Below, in pieces: positions 19,589-28,909 of a stretch of 56,767 bases of DNA. The stretch comes from a virus (taxonomy: Duplodnaviria; Caudoviricetes). How positions within the stretch are numbered: position 1 is the first letter of the stretch; each line of letters starts with the position of its first letter. The DNA lies in IMG/VR virus record IMGVR_UViG_3300008459_000056, positions 1-56,767 of that record; one strand, written 5' to 3'. The notes beneath the pieces are model-generated. The model was not told the DNA's origin and ran no database searches. It saw only the letters and a list, made by a program, of their open reading frames with translations. The translations under genes were made by a program, and so were the position numbers.

Positions 19589-22012
19589 TTAACCGTTAAC
19601 TAATATAGGGTCTACTGTAATACCTATTTTTTTACAGAATTTAGTTCCATTTAAATTAGTACCGGCTTGTCCACCTCTTTTAATGCAACAAGCCTTATCT
19701 AAAGGTTTAGATACCTGTTGGTTTATATCTGTATAATATAGCCATATATCACCATTTGATTGGGTAACTTCTGTTAAAGAATCTGACGGAGGACACCAAT
19801 AACAAGGGTAAGTACCGTCTTCAATATTTAAATAATTATTGAACCCTAATTTTTCACAACAATAATTACTTTCCAAAACTAAAACTTGTCCTGATTGTAT
19901 ATAAGTTATTAAACCGGTACCATCTAAAGATGTGTTCGTTGGACAAACTTCTATTTCACAACCCTCTTCATTACCAGTAAAAAAGTTTATATGAAAAGAA
20001 TTTAAACCATTATTACTGGTTTCATTATCACTACCAGCGTTTAAAACAACAGCATTATTAACCCTGTCTTCATTCATTACTGTAGCATAAAAATCATTAT
20101 AAGTGTTTAGAATATTACCAACACCAGTTGTGGTGGTACTACCTAAATTATTACCTTCTATGATTGTTTGTCCACCGCTTTCTATCGTACCTAAAGTATA
20201 ATCAGTAAAATAGTTAAATGTTAATAAATTTAAATTAATAGTTGTTTGTGTTGGTTCAAAGTTTGGTATTAAACAAGTGTATTTTTCAAAATAAGCTCTA
20301 CCAAAATCATACGGACCAAAATGTGGGTTATTACCGTTAACATTTGGTTTTGTGTTTTCGGGTGTTCCTCCATTATACCAAAAACCATTTAATTGAAAAT
20401 AGTATCTATCTGTATTTGGGAAAATTTTTGGGTACCCTTCTTGATCTATACCTATTTGTGAATCCTCAGGAACATAACCAAGATAGGTTAACATTTGAGT
20501 TATAATTTGTGGGTAATTTAATTTTTTTTCTGCTAAGTAAACTACTTCATCAAAAGAAATTAAACATTGGTCTATATTGAATAGGTTTAAAAAGAATTCA
20601 ATAACTTTTCTTGTACCTTTAGACTTAAATAACCACCAAGCATTTATCACCAAACGTCTCCACAGTTCTCTATCCATTTCAGCTAAAGATGGTGAGACCC
20701 CATTTGGGTTAAATACACCTTGTGGTGAGGTTTGTAAAAATTTAATTAAATTATTATCCGAAAAAGATTGTAAAGAATCAAAACCTAAATTTTGTGCCAT
20801 CATCTTGATTAACTCATCAGGCATATTATCCACACCGTCATAGGTAACAACATTAGCAAAAGAAATATTATCAATATATAGTTTTATTTTGTCATACTCT
20901 CTACCCCAAATTTTAACTAACTTATCCATTTTACGACCACTATTAGGGTCTGTCCCATCACCTGGTGTATCAAATTCAAATATTGCCGTTGCTACTAATT
21001 TTCTAACCATTATGTTGGTTATTTCAGCATCAAAATTTGCCGCAAATTTTAATAAATTTTCTATATAATTTGCATAATCTCTACCAGTATAATCAATATT
21101 GTAACCATCATTAGTTGGCCAAGTGAAACTAATTCTATTATTACTAACACCATTAATTGTTTCAGTTGGTCTGTCTAGTTCTATTGTATATTTAGGTATC
21201 GAATTCCTATTTAATAACTGTCTTTGGAACTCACTTATTTTATTAAAAAATATATTATTTAAAGTTTCATCATTAGGTTTTATATGATATTCAAAAGAAC
21301 CTGATGTTAAACCAGAAGTATACAAAGTTGGCCAAACTAAACCACTTGTTTGTATTTTTATATAATCATCTGTTTCAGTGTTACCCGTATAACTTATTAT
21401 AGGGAATTTACCGTAACTATTGTTAATTTCATATTTAGTAAAATTATTTTGTATAAAAGATATATCAGTGTAATCATTTGTGGTAAATACATTTGGTAAA
21501 TTTTCAGTTATTAAATTAAATTGATTTTCTATAACATTTCTAGATACAGTAAAATATGATATATTCTTATCTAAGTCATATTGAAAGTCATTTACAGTGT
21601 CATTTATATATGAAAACCTAACAAATAAACTACCTTTCCAATTTGTTACTATGTCTACAATTTCTGTTTCGACAAATTTTCTAGCATCACTAAAATATAC
21701 ATAGTTTTTTAGTTTGTTGGGGTTTGTTTTTAACACCACCTCTAAACTATTACTTTGGTTACTAATATCTACAGCTTGTTGTAAAGTTAAATTAAGATTG
21801 TCTAGTGTAAATAATTCTGAAAATTCACCCTCAGTAGTAAAAAATTCACCAGAAAAATTATTGGCCCCTGTTGTTAAAGAAAAATTACCAAAAGTAAAAA
21901 AAGCATCACCATTTTTACTGGTAAGTTGGTTACCCACTAAATCAGGTGAAAAATCACCAGCTCTTTTAGTATATGATTGTGTTAAAGAACCTGGTACTAC
22001 TCTTTTAGCCAT
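19589..22012 (-). CDS. baseplate wedge protein (P2 gpI-like core) with Cys-rich C-terminus
   Basis: PDELIKMMAQNLGF...LWRRLVINAWWLFKSKGTRKVIEFFL resembles the gpI-type KGT helix motif; located near the J and gp25 genes. Confidence 0.55.
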   Translation of the reverse strand: MAKRVVPGSLTQSYTKRAGDFSPDLVGNQLTSKNGDAFFTFGNFSLTTGANNFSGEFFTTEGEFSELFTLDNLNLTLQQAVDISNQSNSLEVVLKTNPNKLKNYVYFSDARKFVETEIVDIVTNWKGSLFVRFSYINDTVNDFQYDLDKNISYFTVSRNVIENQFNLITENLPNVFTTNDYTDISFIQNNFTKYEINNSYGKFPIISYTGNTETDDYIKIQTSGLVWPTLYTSGLTSGSFEYHIKPNDETLNNIFFNKISEFQRQLLNRNSIPKYTIELDRPTETINGVSNNRISFTWPTNDGYNIDYTGRDYANYIENLLKFAANFDAEITNIMVRKLVATAIFEFDTPGDGTDPNSGRKMDKLVKIWGREYDKIKLYIDNISFANVVTYDGVDNMPDELIKMMAQNLGFDSLQSFSDNNLIKFLQTSPQGVFNPNGVSPSLAEMDRELWRRLVINAWWLFKSKGTRKVIEFFLNLFNIDQCLISFDEVVYLAEKKLNYPQIITQMLTYLGYVPEDSQIGIDQEGYPKIFPNTDRYYFQLNGFWYNGGTPENTKPNVNGNNPHFGPYDFGRAYFEKYTCLIPNFEPTQTTINLNLLTFNYFTDYTLGTIESGGQTIIEGNNLGSTTTTGVGNILNTYNDFYATVMNEDRVNNAVVLNAGSDNETSNNGLNSFHINFFTGNEEGCEIEVCPTNTSLDGTGLITYIQSGQVLVLESNYCCEKLGFNNYLNIEDGTYPCYWCPPSDSLTEVTQSNGDIWLYYTDINQQVSKPLDKACCIKRGGQAGTNLNGTKFCKKIGITVDPILVNG

Positions 22013-22021
22013 TTTATTTTT

Positions 22022-22906
22022 TTATACAGTAAATATGTTATTAAAGTTTTTAGTCGTATCAACATTAAGCCTAACTTCCCTAGCCTCATATAGTGGGTTG
22101 TTACTATCGTCCTGTACTTCAAATAAATTATATTGTTTATATATATTATTTTGGTTGTCGTAGATTGTGTAAATACCGTCTTGTATAGATTTAGACTGAT
22201 TCCCATACAAAGCATATGATAGTGTTTGTGCGTCATGTTCAACAACTTCTAATTCTATATGAATTGGGTCAAAATACGTATTGGTCAAACTAATTACTTG
22301 GTTCGGTGAACCAATAAAAGGTAGTTTATTAGGTAAGGTTATTGGACTAGATGTTGGTGTTAATGTACAAAATATTAAATCACCGGCGTCATTATACCTA
22401 TATCTTATCGCTTTTTGTGAGGTATTATTTAAATTTTGATTAACCGGTTCAACTCTACCACTAGAGGTTATAATTCTAAATAAATTACGTACTTTACCGT
22501 TGTTATCGTAATACTCAATTCTGAAACCAATTAAAGAGTTGTCTGTTGTTAAGTTGGTTGGTAATTCGTCTGCCCGTAATATAATACCTTTAATATCTGG
22601 TGAAGAAGATAAAACACCACAATCTGCTATTCTTAAAACAAGTTGTCTAGGTCTTATCATCATATTGTATATACCGACAACACCAAAAATACCCGATGGT
22701 AAAGTTAAATTTTTAAGACCTGGTAAACTTTGTGCCAACCCATTAACTAAAACAGGTTCACCAACATCTGATAATAAAGATGTTGCATCTAACTCAATCA
22801 TATTACCAACAGGTGTTTGTCTGTCTCTAGCGTAATTATAAAAAATTTGTATATCTTCAGAGTTAACATCTGATGGTCTAATAATACCGTAATTACCTGT
22901 AGCCAT
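22022..22906 (-). CDS. conserved virion/baseplate protein, function unknown
   Basis: 294-aa ORF within the baseplate cluster. Confidence 0.5.
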   Translation of the reverse strand: MATGNYGIIRPSDVNSEDIQIFYNYARDRQTPVGNMIELDATSLLSDVGEPVLVNGLAQSLPGLKNLTLPSGIFGVVGIYNMMIRPRQLVLRIADCGVLSSSPDIKGIILRADELPTNLTTDNSLIGFRIEYYDNNGKVRNLFRIITSSGRVEPVNQNLNNTSQKAIRYRYNDAGDLIFCTLTPTSSPITLPNKLPFIGSPNQVISLTNTYFDPIHIELEVVEHDAQTLSYALYGNQSKSIQDGIYTIYDNQNNIYKQYNLFEVQDDSNNPLYEAREVRLNVDTTKNFNNIFTV

Positions 22907-22910
22907 TTTA

Positions 22911-23609
22911 TTAAATTGTGTTTATTAATTTGTAATAACCGTTTAAATAATTTTTTAAATCGTTAAAATTATTTATTTCCGACAATCTTTGGTGTCTTTC
23001 AAAAACAGAACCATTGTCTCTTTCCATAAATAGGTCTGAATCCACATTTGGTTTATCAATCAACCCAACATACCTATTATTTTTAAATATTTTTTCTTGT
23101 ATAAAATTATCATAAGATAATTTTTTAGTTTCAAATATTGTATCTCTAGGTTCTACACCATTACTATAAGAGGAAAAACTTCTATTTAATATTAAATTAC
23201 CCTGTAAATCGAAATTAAAATTATTTTTTGGTTTTTGTTTTTTTAAAAGTTCTACTGGACTACCTTTTGAAAAGTCTGGTATAAATTTTAAATTTTTAGA
23301 TATCCCTATTTGTTTTTTTTCAATTACCGAAGGGTTATTTAAATTTGTATTTTTTTTGTTTTGAATGATGGTTCCTTTTTTGGAAGTAATTAAATCATCT
23401 TTACTGTATAGATTTTTTTCTGATTGTTTTACAGTAAAGGAGGTGTAAGTAATGTTATCTATAATATATTTTACTTTATATAAATTTTGTGAACCATCAA
23501 TTGGGCTAACGCTAATTACCCCATTTTGACCCACTTTATACGGATTTTCTGAATCTAAAGTTTTAACCTTAAATAATTTATTACTAGTTTTACCTGTTAA
23601 ACCACCCAT
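22911..23609 (-). CDS. hypothetical protein (baseplate module)
   Basis: 232-aa co-oriented ORF with 4-nt spacers on both sides. Confidence 0.6.
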   Translation of the reverse strand: MGGLTGKTSNKLFKVKTLDSENPYKVGQNGVISVSPIDGSQNLYKVKYIIDNITYTSFTVKQSEKNLYSKDDLITSKKGTIIQNKKNTNLNNPSVIEKKQIGISKNLKFIPDFSKGSPVELLKKQKPKNNFNFDLQGNLILNRSFSSYSNGVEPRDTIFETKKLSYDNFIQEKIFKNNRYVGLIDKPNVDSDLFMERDNGSVFERHQRLSEINNFNDLKNYLNGYYKLINTI

Positions 23610-23613
23610 TTTT

Positions 23614-23829
23614 TTATTTTAAAATATCATCATATATACCTAAATCTTTTACTTTTTGTTTAAAAAAGATTAATATATTTATATTAGGTCCCACGATACC
23701 AGTAAAAGCGACTCCATCTCTAATTTTTTGTCTTAACACAGTACTATCATAATTAGTAACACTAGCGTCACTAAATGTAAATTTGTATTTGGAAAAATCT
23801 AATCTTATTTTTCTGACATACTGACTCAT
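23614..23829 (-). CDS. hypothetical protein (71 aa)
   Basis: Fills the gap exactly between neighbouring genes. Confidence 0.6.
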   Translation of the reverse strand: MSQYVRKIRLDFSKYKFTFSDASVTNYDSTVLRQKIRDGVAFTGIVGPNINILIFFKQKVKDLGIYDDILK

Positions 23830-23830
23830 A

Positions 23831-24631
23831 TTAATTTATTTTAACTTCATTAAATATTATGGTGTCGTCTGTATTACCGTTAGATGGTTCCACATAAAAA
23901 ATCCTATTTAAACTACCAACATTATTTTGTGTTATGTATGGGTTTAATAACCTTAATTTAGCAAAACGCCATTGTGGGTTTGCATTATACTGTGATAGTG
24001 TTAGGGTGTTTGTACCAGAAGGACTATTTATAAATTTTTTTATTATTCCCGTTTTAGAATCAAAAAAAGTTGCCTCAAAATATAATGTCCTAAAAGTATT
24101 TTCTTTAATAAATTTTGGGTCGTTTTTTAACCAAAACAACCTTTTTAAGGGGAATGAGGTTGAGGTGGTGTTTTGATAGATATTTAAAAATTCTGAAAAT
24201 AAAAAATTTTGACTTGAGAAATCGTCTGAATCATAAAAATCTAATCTATAAAAACTATTTGTAATATTATTTGTTAGACCAGTTATTTCTTCTTGTGTAA
24301 AACCAGCGGCTTTATAATTGTTTTCTAAGTTACCTGTTTGTGTGTTATAAAAATAAAACGAAATATCTAAGTTAGAATTATTTTGTTGTCCATAATTAGC
24401 TGATTTAAATTTTATTTTTTCATTATCACTAGTTATGTTAATTGTTTTATTTTTTTCCTCAATAAATAATTGATTAGCCAAACTTTCATAACCATCATTT
24501 TTATTTTGTTGGTTAAATGGTATTAGAATATTTTTACTAAAAACTTCGGCTCCAGCTAGTTGTCCATCACTAATAAAATTTATTTTTGAGGGATTTCTAT
24601 CTATAAAATCAATAATTTTGTATTTTAACAT
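23831..24631 (-). CDS. hypothetical protein (baseplate module)
   Basis: 266 aa; TAATG coupling with the baseplate J-like gene. Confidence 0.6.
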   Translation of the reverse strand: MLKYKIIDFIDRNPSKINFISDGQLAGAEVFSKNILIPFNQQNKNDGYESLANQLFIEEKNKTINITSDNEKIKFKSANYGQQNNSNLDISFYFYNTQTGNLENNYKAAGFTQEEITGLTNNITNSFYRLDFYDSDDFSSQNFLFSEFLNIYQNTTSTSFPLKRLFWLKNDPKFIKENTFRTLYFEATFFDSKTGIIKKFINSPSGTNTLTLSQYNANPQWRFAKLRLLNPYITQNNVGSLNRIFYVEPSNGNTDDTIIFNEVKIN

Positions 24632-26454
24632 TAATTAGTTCTAACTCTTACTTTAATATCCTTATTAGGGTATTTTATTTCAAACATAGACTTTGGGGTT
24701 GAGTATACGGTATAATCAGTTAAATTTAACCCATATAATATCGGTGAACCGGTTTCATCTACACTAACTATTTCTTGTGGTGACCTATTTGTAGAATAAT
24801 CCCCACCAACTAAATTATTAACCCTAAAATCAACAATATTTAAAACACCTGGTACATTATTTAAATTTTCAATTAAATTAGAGATGTAGATATCTTGACC
24901 CATTGACCATTTTTTAATGTCAAAATACTCTATTGTTTTTCTTATAGTATTGTTAACAACTTCTGATTGATTAAACGTTTTATCAACAAAAATATCTATC
25001 TCTACACTTAGATTTATTATAGAACCGTCACCAACCTCAACATAATCGTTAATCATTCTATAGTCAGCTAACCAAGTAGCTATATTTTGTTTTAATGTAC
25101 TAGAAGATATATTAGACAGTTTACCAGAACTATCTAAACCAATAGTTGTTATCATAATTTTGTTAGATTGTTCTTCTACTGACCATCTAAAAGCTAAACC
25201 ATATTTTCCTGGCATTTTTAAAAATTGTGCTACATAATCTTTAATTGTAACACTTCTATTTTGTGAGGCAAAATTATATTTAACAAGATTTCTTAGTTCT
25301 TCTAATGACGGAGCTTCAGCACCACCAACAGCGGGAATAGGGTTATTAACCCTTAAACTTCTTCTAACTCTTTCATTAATAGATTGGTTAGGTCCTGTTA
25401 CATCCATTGTAAACTGACCCAAATTTGTCAACACACCTGTACCAATGTTAGCACTAGAACCACCACCGACTCTATATTTAACATACATAATAGAATTTTG
25501 TTTTGGTATTTCACCTAAAGCTGTTGTATTAATAAAATTAGAATAATTATTTATTAGGTTTATTAAACCAGATGTATCGTTTCCTGTACCACTACCAAAA
25601 GTTAATTTACAAAAACCAGTATCAGTATATTCTTTAATAAATTTCCTAGTAATTCTTTGCCATTTTGCTGGTGTTATAGACCTATTATCTGACACTCTAC
25701 TATTATCATCTATGAAAACTTTATCTTCCGCTAAAGAATCTACTTCATACCATCTGATTTCTTTATTATTAAATAAACTATCAGTTGGTACCCCACCTGG
25801 TACTGAATTTTCTGTGGTTATTATACTTTCAACTGAAAGAACATTTGATTCTGGTAGTGTTAATTGAAAAAACGGTCTGTAATCACTAGGGTTTATACTT
25901 TTTGAGTAGTAAACTGTTCTACCATTAACGACTAATTCTCTTTTTGTTATAGTGTAGTTAACTAAATCACCATTACCATTAAAATTGGGTATAATAACTC
26001 TATTAGGTAATCCACCATTAGTAAAAGGTGAATTAAAATCTATATCTTCTAAGTTCTCAAAAACTTTACCAGCTCCAGTTACTTGTGTACCATATTTTAA
26101 AACAGGGGCATATCTAACATCGTATGTATCACCATATGGGGGTACATTAACTGAAAAGTCAACTAAGGTTAATGCTGGTCTATACCCAGGTATTTTTACA
26201 CCTAAAGTTCTAGCTATACTTAAAATTGATTTTCTTTGTTGTGCGTAATCTATCTGAGTCTCATTAAACATCCTATCGGTATGGAATGATAACATATCAG
26301 CAACACCCGCGTTCAATTCTATTAACATAGTACCAATAGAGGCGTCATTAAAATCTGAAAATATTTCTGGATAATATCTTTTAATGAAATTAAATAGTTC
26401 CGACCTTACGTCTGCAAAATTTCTAGATAAATAATTTATTTTTTTTTCAGCCAT
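24631..26454 (-). CDS. baseplate wedge protein (T4 gp6 / baseplate J-like)
   Basis: YLSRNF..SDF..S...LIELNA..DMLSFHTD N-terminus; YRVGGG..ANI, NPIPAVGGA..ELR and QNRSVTIKDY motifs. Confidence 0.85.
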   Translation of the reverse strand: MAEKKINYLSRNFADVRSELFNFIKRYYPEIFSDFNDASIGTMLIELNAGVADMLSFHTDRMFNETQIDYAQQRKSILSIARTLGVKIPGYRPALTLVDFSVNVPPYGDTYDVRYAPVLKYGTQVTGAGKVFENLEDIDFNSPFTNGGLPNRVIIPNFNGNGDLVNYTITKRELVVNGRTVYYSKSINPSDYRPFFQLTLPESNVLSVESIITTENSVPGGVPTDSLFNNKEIRWYEVDSLAEDKVFIDDNSRVSDNRSITPAKWQRITRKFIKEYTDTGFCKLTFGSGTGNDTSGLINLINNYSNFINTTALGEIPKQNSIMYVKYRVGGGSSANIGTGVLTNLGQFTMDVTGPNQSINERVRRSLRVNNPIPAVGGAEAPSLEELRNLVKYNFASQNRSVTIKDYVAQFLKMPGKYGLAFRWSVEEQSNKIMITTIGLDSSGKLSNISSSTLKQNIATWLADYRMINDYVEVGDGSIINLSVEIDIFVDKTFNQSEVVNNTIRKTIEYFDIKKWSMGQDIYISNLIENLNNVPGVLNIVDFRVNNLVGGDYSTNRSPQEIVSVDETGSPILYGLNLTDYTVYSTPKSMFEIKYPNKDIKVRVRTN

Positions 26455-26455
26455 A

Positions 26456-26842
26456 TTAAAGTTCTAATATTATAAAATCACTTTCAGTGAAAGTATTATT
26501 TGTTACAGTATATTCCAATCTTACAATAACACTGTGTTCTTCATTTTTTACAGGTTCAACTTCTAATTTATCTATTTTTAGATTAGGTATGTACTTGTTT
26601 ATGGCTTTTTGTATTTCAGACCTTATATCGTTTTGTACAGAAACCACATTTGGTTCAAAAAGGTATCTCCTTAAATCAGTACCAAAATCTGGTGAATAAA
26701 ATCTTTCACCTTTGTTTGTTAATAAAAGGTGCATAACATCCGATTTTATAGCTCTTTTATTACTCTTAGTCATATCTAAGAAGTAACCATTTTCTGAATC
26801 AAAAAAAGGAAATCTTATGTTTATGAATGATTCTTTAGCCAT
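26456..26842 (-). CDS. baseplate wedge subunit gp25/W-like
   Basis: LLLTNKGERFYSPDFGTDLRRYLFEP is the GPW_gp25 signature. Confidence 0.9.
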   Translation of the reverse strand: MAKESFINIRFPFFDSENGYFLDMTKSNKRAIKSDVMHLLLTNKGERFYSPDFGTDLRRYLFEPNVVSVQNDIRSEIQKAINKYIPNLKIDKLEVEPVKNEEHSVIVRLEYTVTNNTFTESDFIILEL

Positions 26843-26854
26843 TTTATTTTTATT

Positions 26855-26862
26855 AATAAATA
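26855..26862 (-). promoter_or_regulatory. TATTTATT motif (putative phage late promoter)
   Basis: 12 nt upstream of the gp25 ATG and just downstream of the terminator, so a promoter is needed here. Confidence 0.55.
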
Positions 26863-26913
26863 TCTAATTAATTAATTTATCTTAAAAAACTTAAATGTAA
26901 ATTATTAATCAAT

Positions 26914-26938
26914 AAAAAACCCCTCAAGTTGAGGGGTT
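26914..26938 (-). terminator. Rho-independent terminator after nrdJ
   Basis: Stem aacccctc/gaggggtt with an A-run on its left (U-tract on the minus strand). Confidence 0.85.
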
Positions 26939-27024
26939 ATATTTTTAACCGTTTTGTTTTCTAATGTTATAGAATGCTATAAGTACCTGTTGTATTAGGG
27001 TAGTATCATTACCCCAAGACACTT

Positions 27025-28884
27025 TTACTTTACTTCGCATGCTCCCCCACTACAAGCTAACTCACCACTTAAATCGGTGTTATCTGTCAACTCAACTACT
27101 TTAGATAAATCTATATTTGATAAAGATTTCATCATTCTTTCGTAAGTTTCTTCATCACAATCTTCAAAAGGAGCTTGTTGATAAGTGCCTCCATTATAAG
27201 GTAATACCGATAAACCATTATAGTATTCACGATTATTCCACATCCATTCACCAGCTAAATCCCACTCATCTTCTTTCAATGAAATTGTTGCAGAAACATT
27301 ATGTGTATTTTGTCCGTTTCTATGCCCAGGTTTAATCCATTCTTGTGAGACTTTTTTAACTCTTTCTAATAATTGGAAAGGTGACTCATGTCTTAAAATA
27401 GAACCTTCAGGTGATTTCTGTGGTACAGAAATTACAGCTGTATCGTGTGGTCTAAAAACTTCATCTTCAATTAACTCTGGGTGGTTTATAGATAAGTAAG
27501 TATATATAGATTCATTTTTACCTACTCTTACTCTTCTAATGTAATAATCATTATGCCAAGCGTGAATACCCGAAGAAGTACCCAAAGTTAGTGATGTTGT
27601 CCCAGCTGGTTTAACAGTAGTTGTTCTTGCTGAAGGATTAATACCAATTATTTTAGCAATTCTAGTATTTTCTTCTTTAACAGCTTTTGCTGCCGCTTTC
27701 ATATCATACCCTAAAACAACACCAGAACCAATACCTGTCATTGATACACCAATTAAAGCGTCTTTTTCAGTTGTTCTTTTCCAAACATCTCTTAAATAAT
27801 GAAAATCAGTGTAACCAGCTTGTAATGTACCAATAAATGCTGCCGCTTTAACTCTTTCTTCAAAATCTTCTTGTGACTCAATATTAGAAACGTTTACCTC
27901 ACATAAGTTACAAAACTGATAAGGTCTAAGAGCAATTTCACAACAAGGGTTAGTTCCCCAATCCTTATCATAAGAAAAATAAATACCAGGTTCACCAGCT
28001 CCAGATAATTCAACTCTTTTCCATAAATCTAAGAAAAATTCTTTTGTAATTTTATTTCTTAAAAGAACTGCTGAATTGTTAGCTCTACCTCTTTGTGGGT
28101 TTAATTCCCACCATGCTCCTGATTTACAAGTAATCATATCGTTATCATCTGCTGAAAACAAACTAATAAGAGCTGCTCTTCTAATACCCCCAGCTAAAAC
28201 AGCATCTGCAATATGACAAACAATATCGTGTACCTCTAAAGTTGTTAGTCTTTCTCTATTTTCTTTAGCGTCTAAAACTTTTTTAATGTTGTGAACACAA
28301 TCTTTTAAAGGTTGTGGACCAGGTGCTTTACCACCAGAGGTGACTAATAAAGCGCCTTTTGGTCTAATATCTGAAAAATCAAATATTGGTGTTGATGAAG
28401 TAACCCCAAAATAAGATTTCATTAAAACTTTAATTGCGTCTGCCCACCCTTCAATTGAGTCCCCAACTAAATACCTTCTTGTTCTACTAGGATTTGGCTT
28501 TTGAATTTCAGGTAATTTTTCTACATGGTGTTTTTGTACAGAATAACCAACACCAGTACCACCTAAAAGTAAAAACATTGTTTCAGAAAAAGCATCAATG
28601 TGGTCAATAGGTAGATAAGCACAATTATAAACCCTATTTGGTGAGATTTCGATTGGCCTACCACCAAATTGTAATGACCTCATAGAAGGTAAAACTTTTT
28701 TGTCATACACCATTTTATAAACTACCTCAATCTCTTCTTTTAATTGTGGGTATTTCTTTTGATGCATTTCTTTATTTCTTGTTACTAACTCTTGCCAAGT
28801 CTCTCTTCTCTCTTTTTCAGGGAGAAATTTAGCGTACTTCATATAGACAGTAATTTCTGACAGAATTTGATTTGATAATTCCAT
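27025..28884 (-). CDS. nrdJ: class II (adenosylcobalamin-dependent) monomeric ribonucleotide reductase
   Basis: LPSMRSL, YNCAY, GTGVG, GGIRRAA, TNPCCEI (thiyl Cys), FCNL, TTVKPAGT and C-terminal CSGGAC; no ATP cone or intein. Confidence 0.92.
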   Translation of the reverse strand: MELSNQILSEITVYMKYAKFLPEKERRETWQELVTRNKEMHQKKYPQLKEEIEVVYKMVYDKKVLPSMRSLQFGGRPIEISPNRVYNCAYLPIDHIDAFSETMFLLLGGTGVGYSVQKHHVEKLPEIQKPNPSRTRRYLVGDSIEGWADAIKVLMKSYFGVTSSTPIFDFSDIRPKGALLVTSGGKAPGPQPLKDCVHNIKKVLDAKENRERLTTLEVHDIVCHIADAVLAGGIRRAALISLFSADDNDMITCKSGAWWELNPQRGRANNSAVLLRNKITKEFFLDLWKRVELSGAGEPGIYFSYDKDWGTNPCCEIALRPYQFCNLCEVNVSNIESQEDFEERVKAAAFIGTLQAGYTDFHYLRDVWKRTTEKDALIGVSMTGIGSGVVLGYDMKAAAKAVKEENTRIAKIIGINPSARTTTVKPAGTTSLTLGTSSGIHAWHNDYYIRRVRVGKNESIYTYLSINHPELIEDEVFRPHDTAVISVPQKSPEGSILRHESPFQLLERVKKVSQEWIKPGHRNGQNTHNVSATISLKEDEWDLAGEWMWNNREYYNGLSVLPYNGGTYQQAPFEDCDEETYERMMKSLSNIDLSKVVELTDNTDLSGELACSGGACEVK

Positions 28885-28909
28885 TTTTTATTAATTTTTA
28901 AATTTTTAA

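Noticed and set aside
26843-27024. tRNA or cobalamin riboswitch next to nrdJ
   Set aside because: No cloverleaf/T-loop or B12-box consensus, and the structured stretch lies 3' of the gene rather than 5'.
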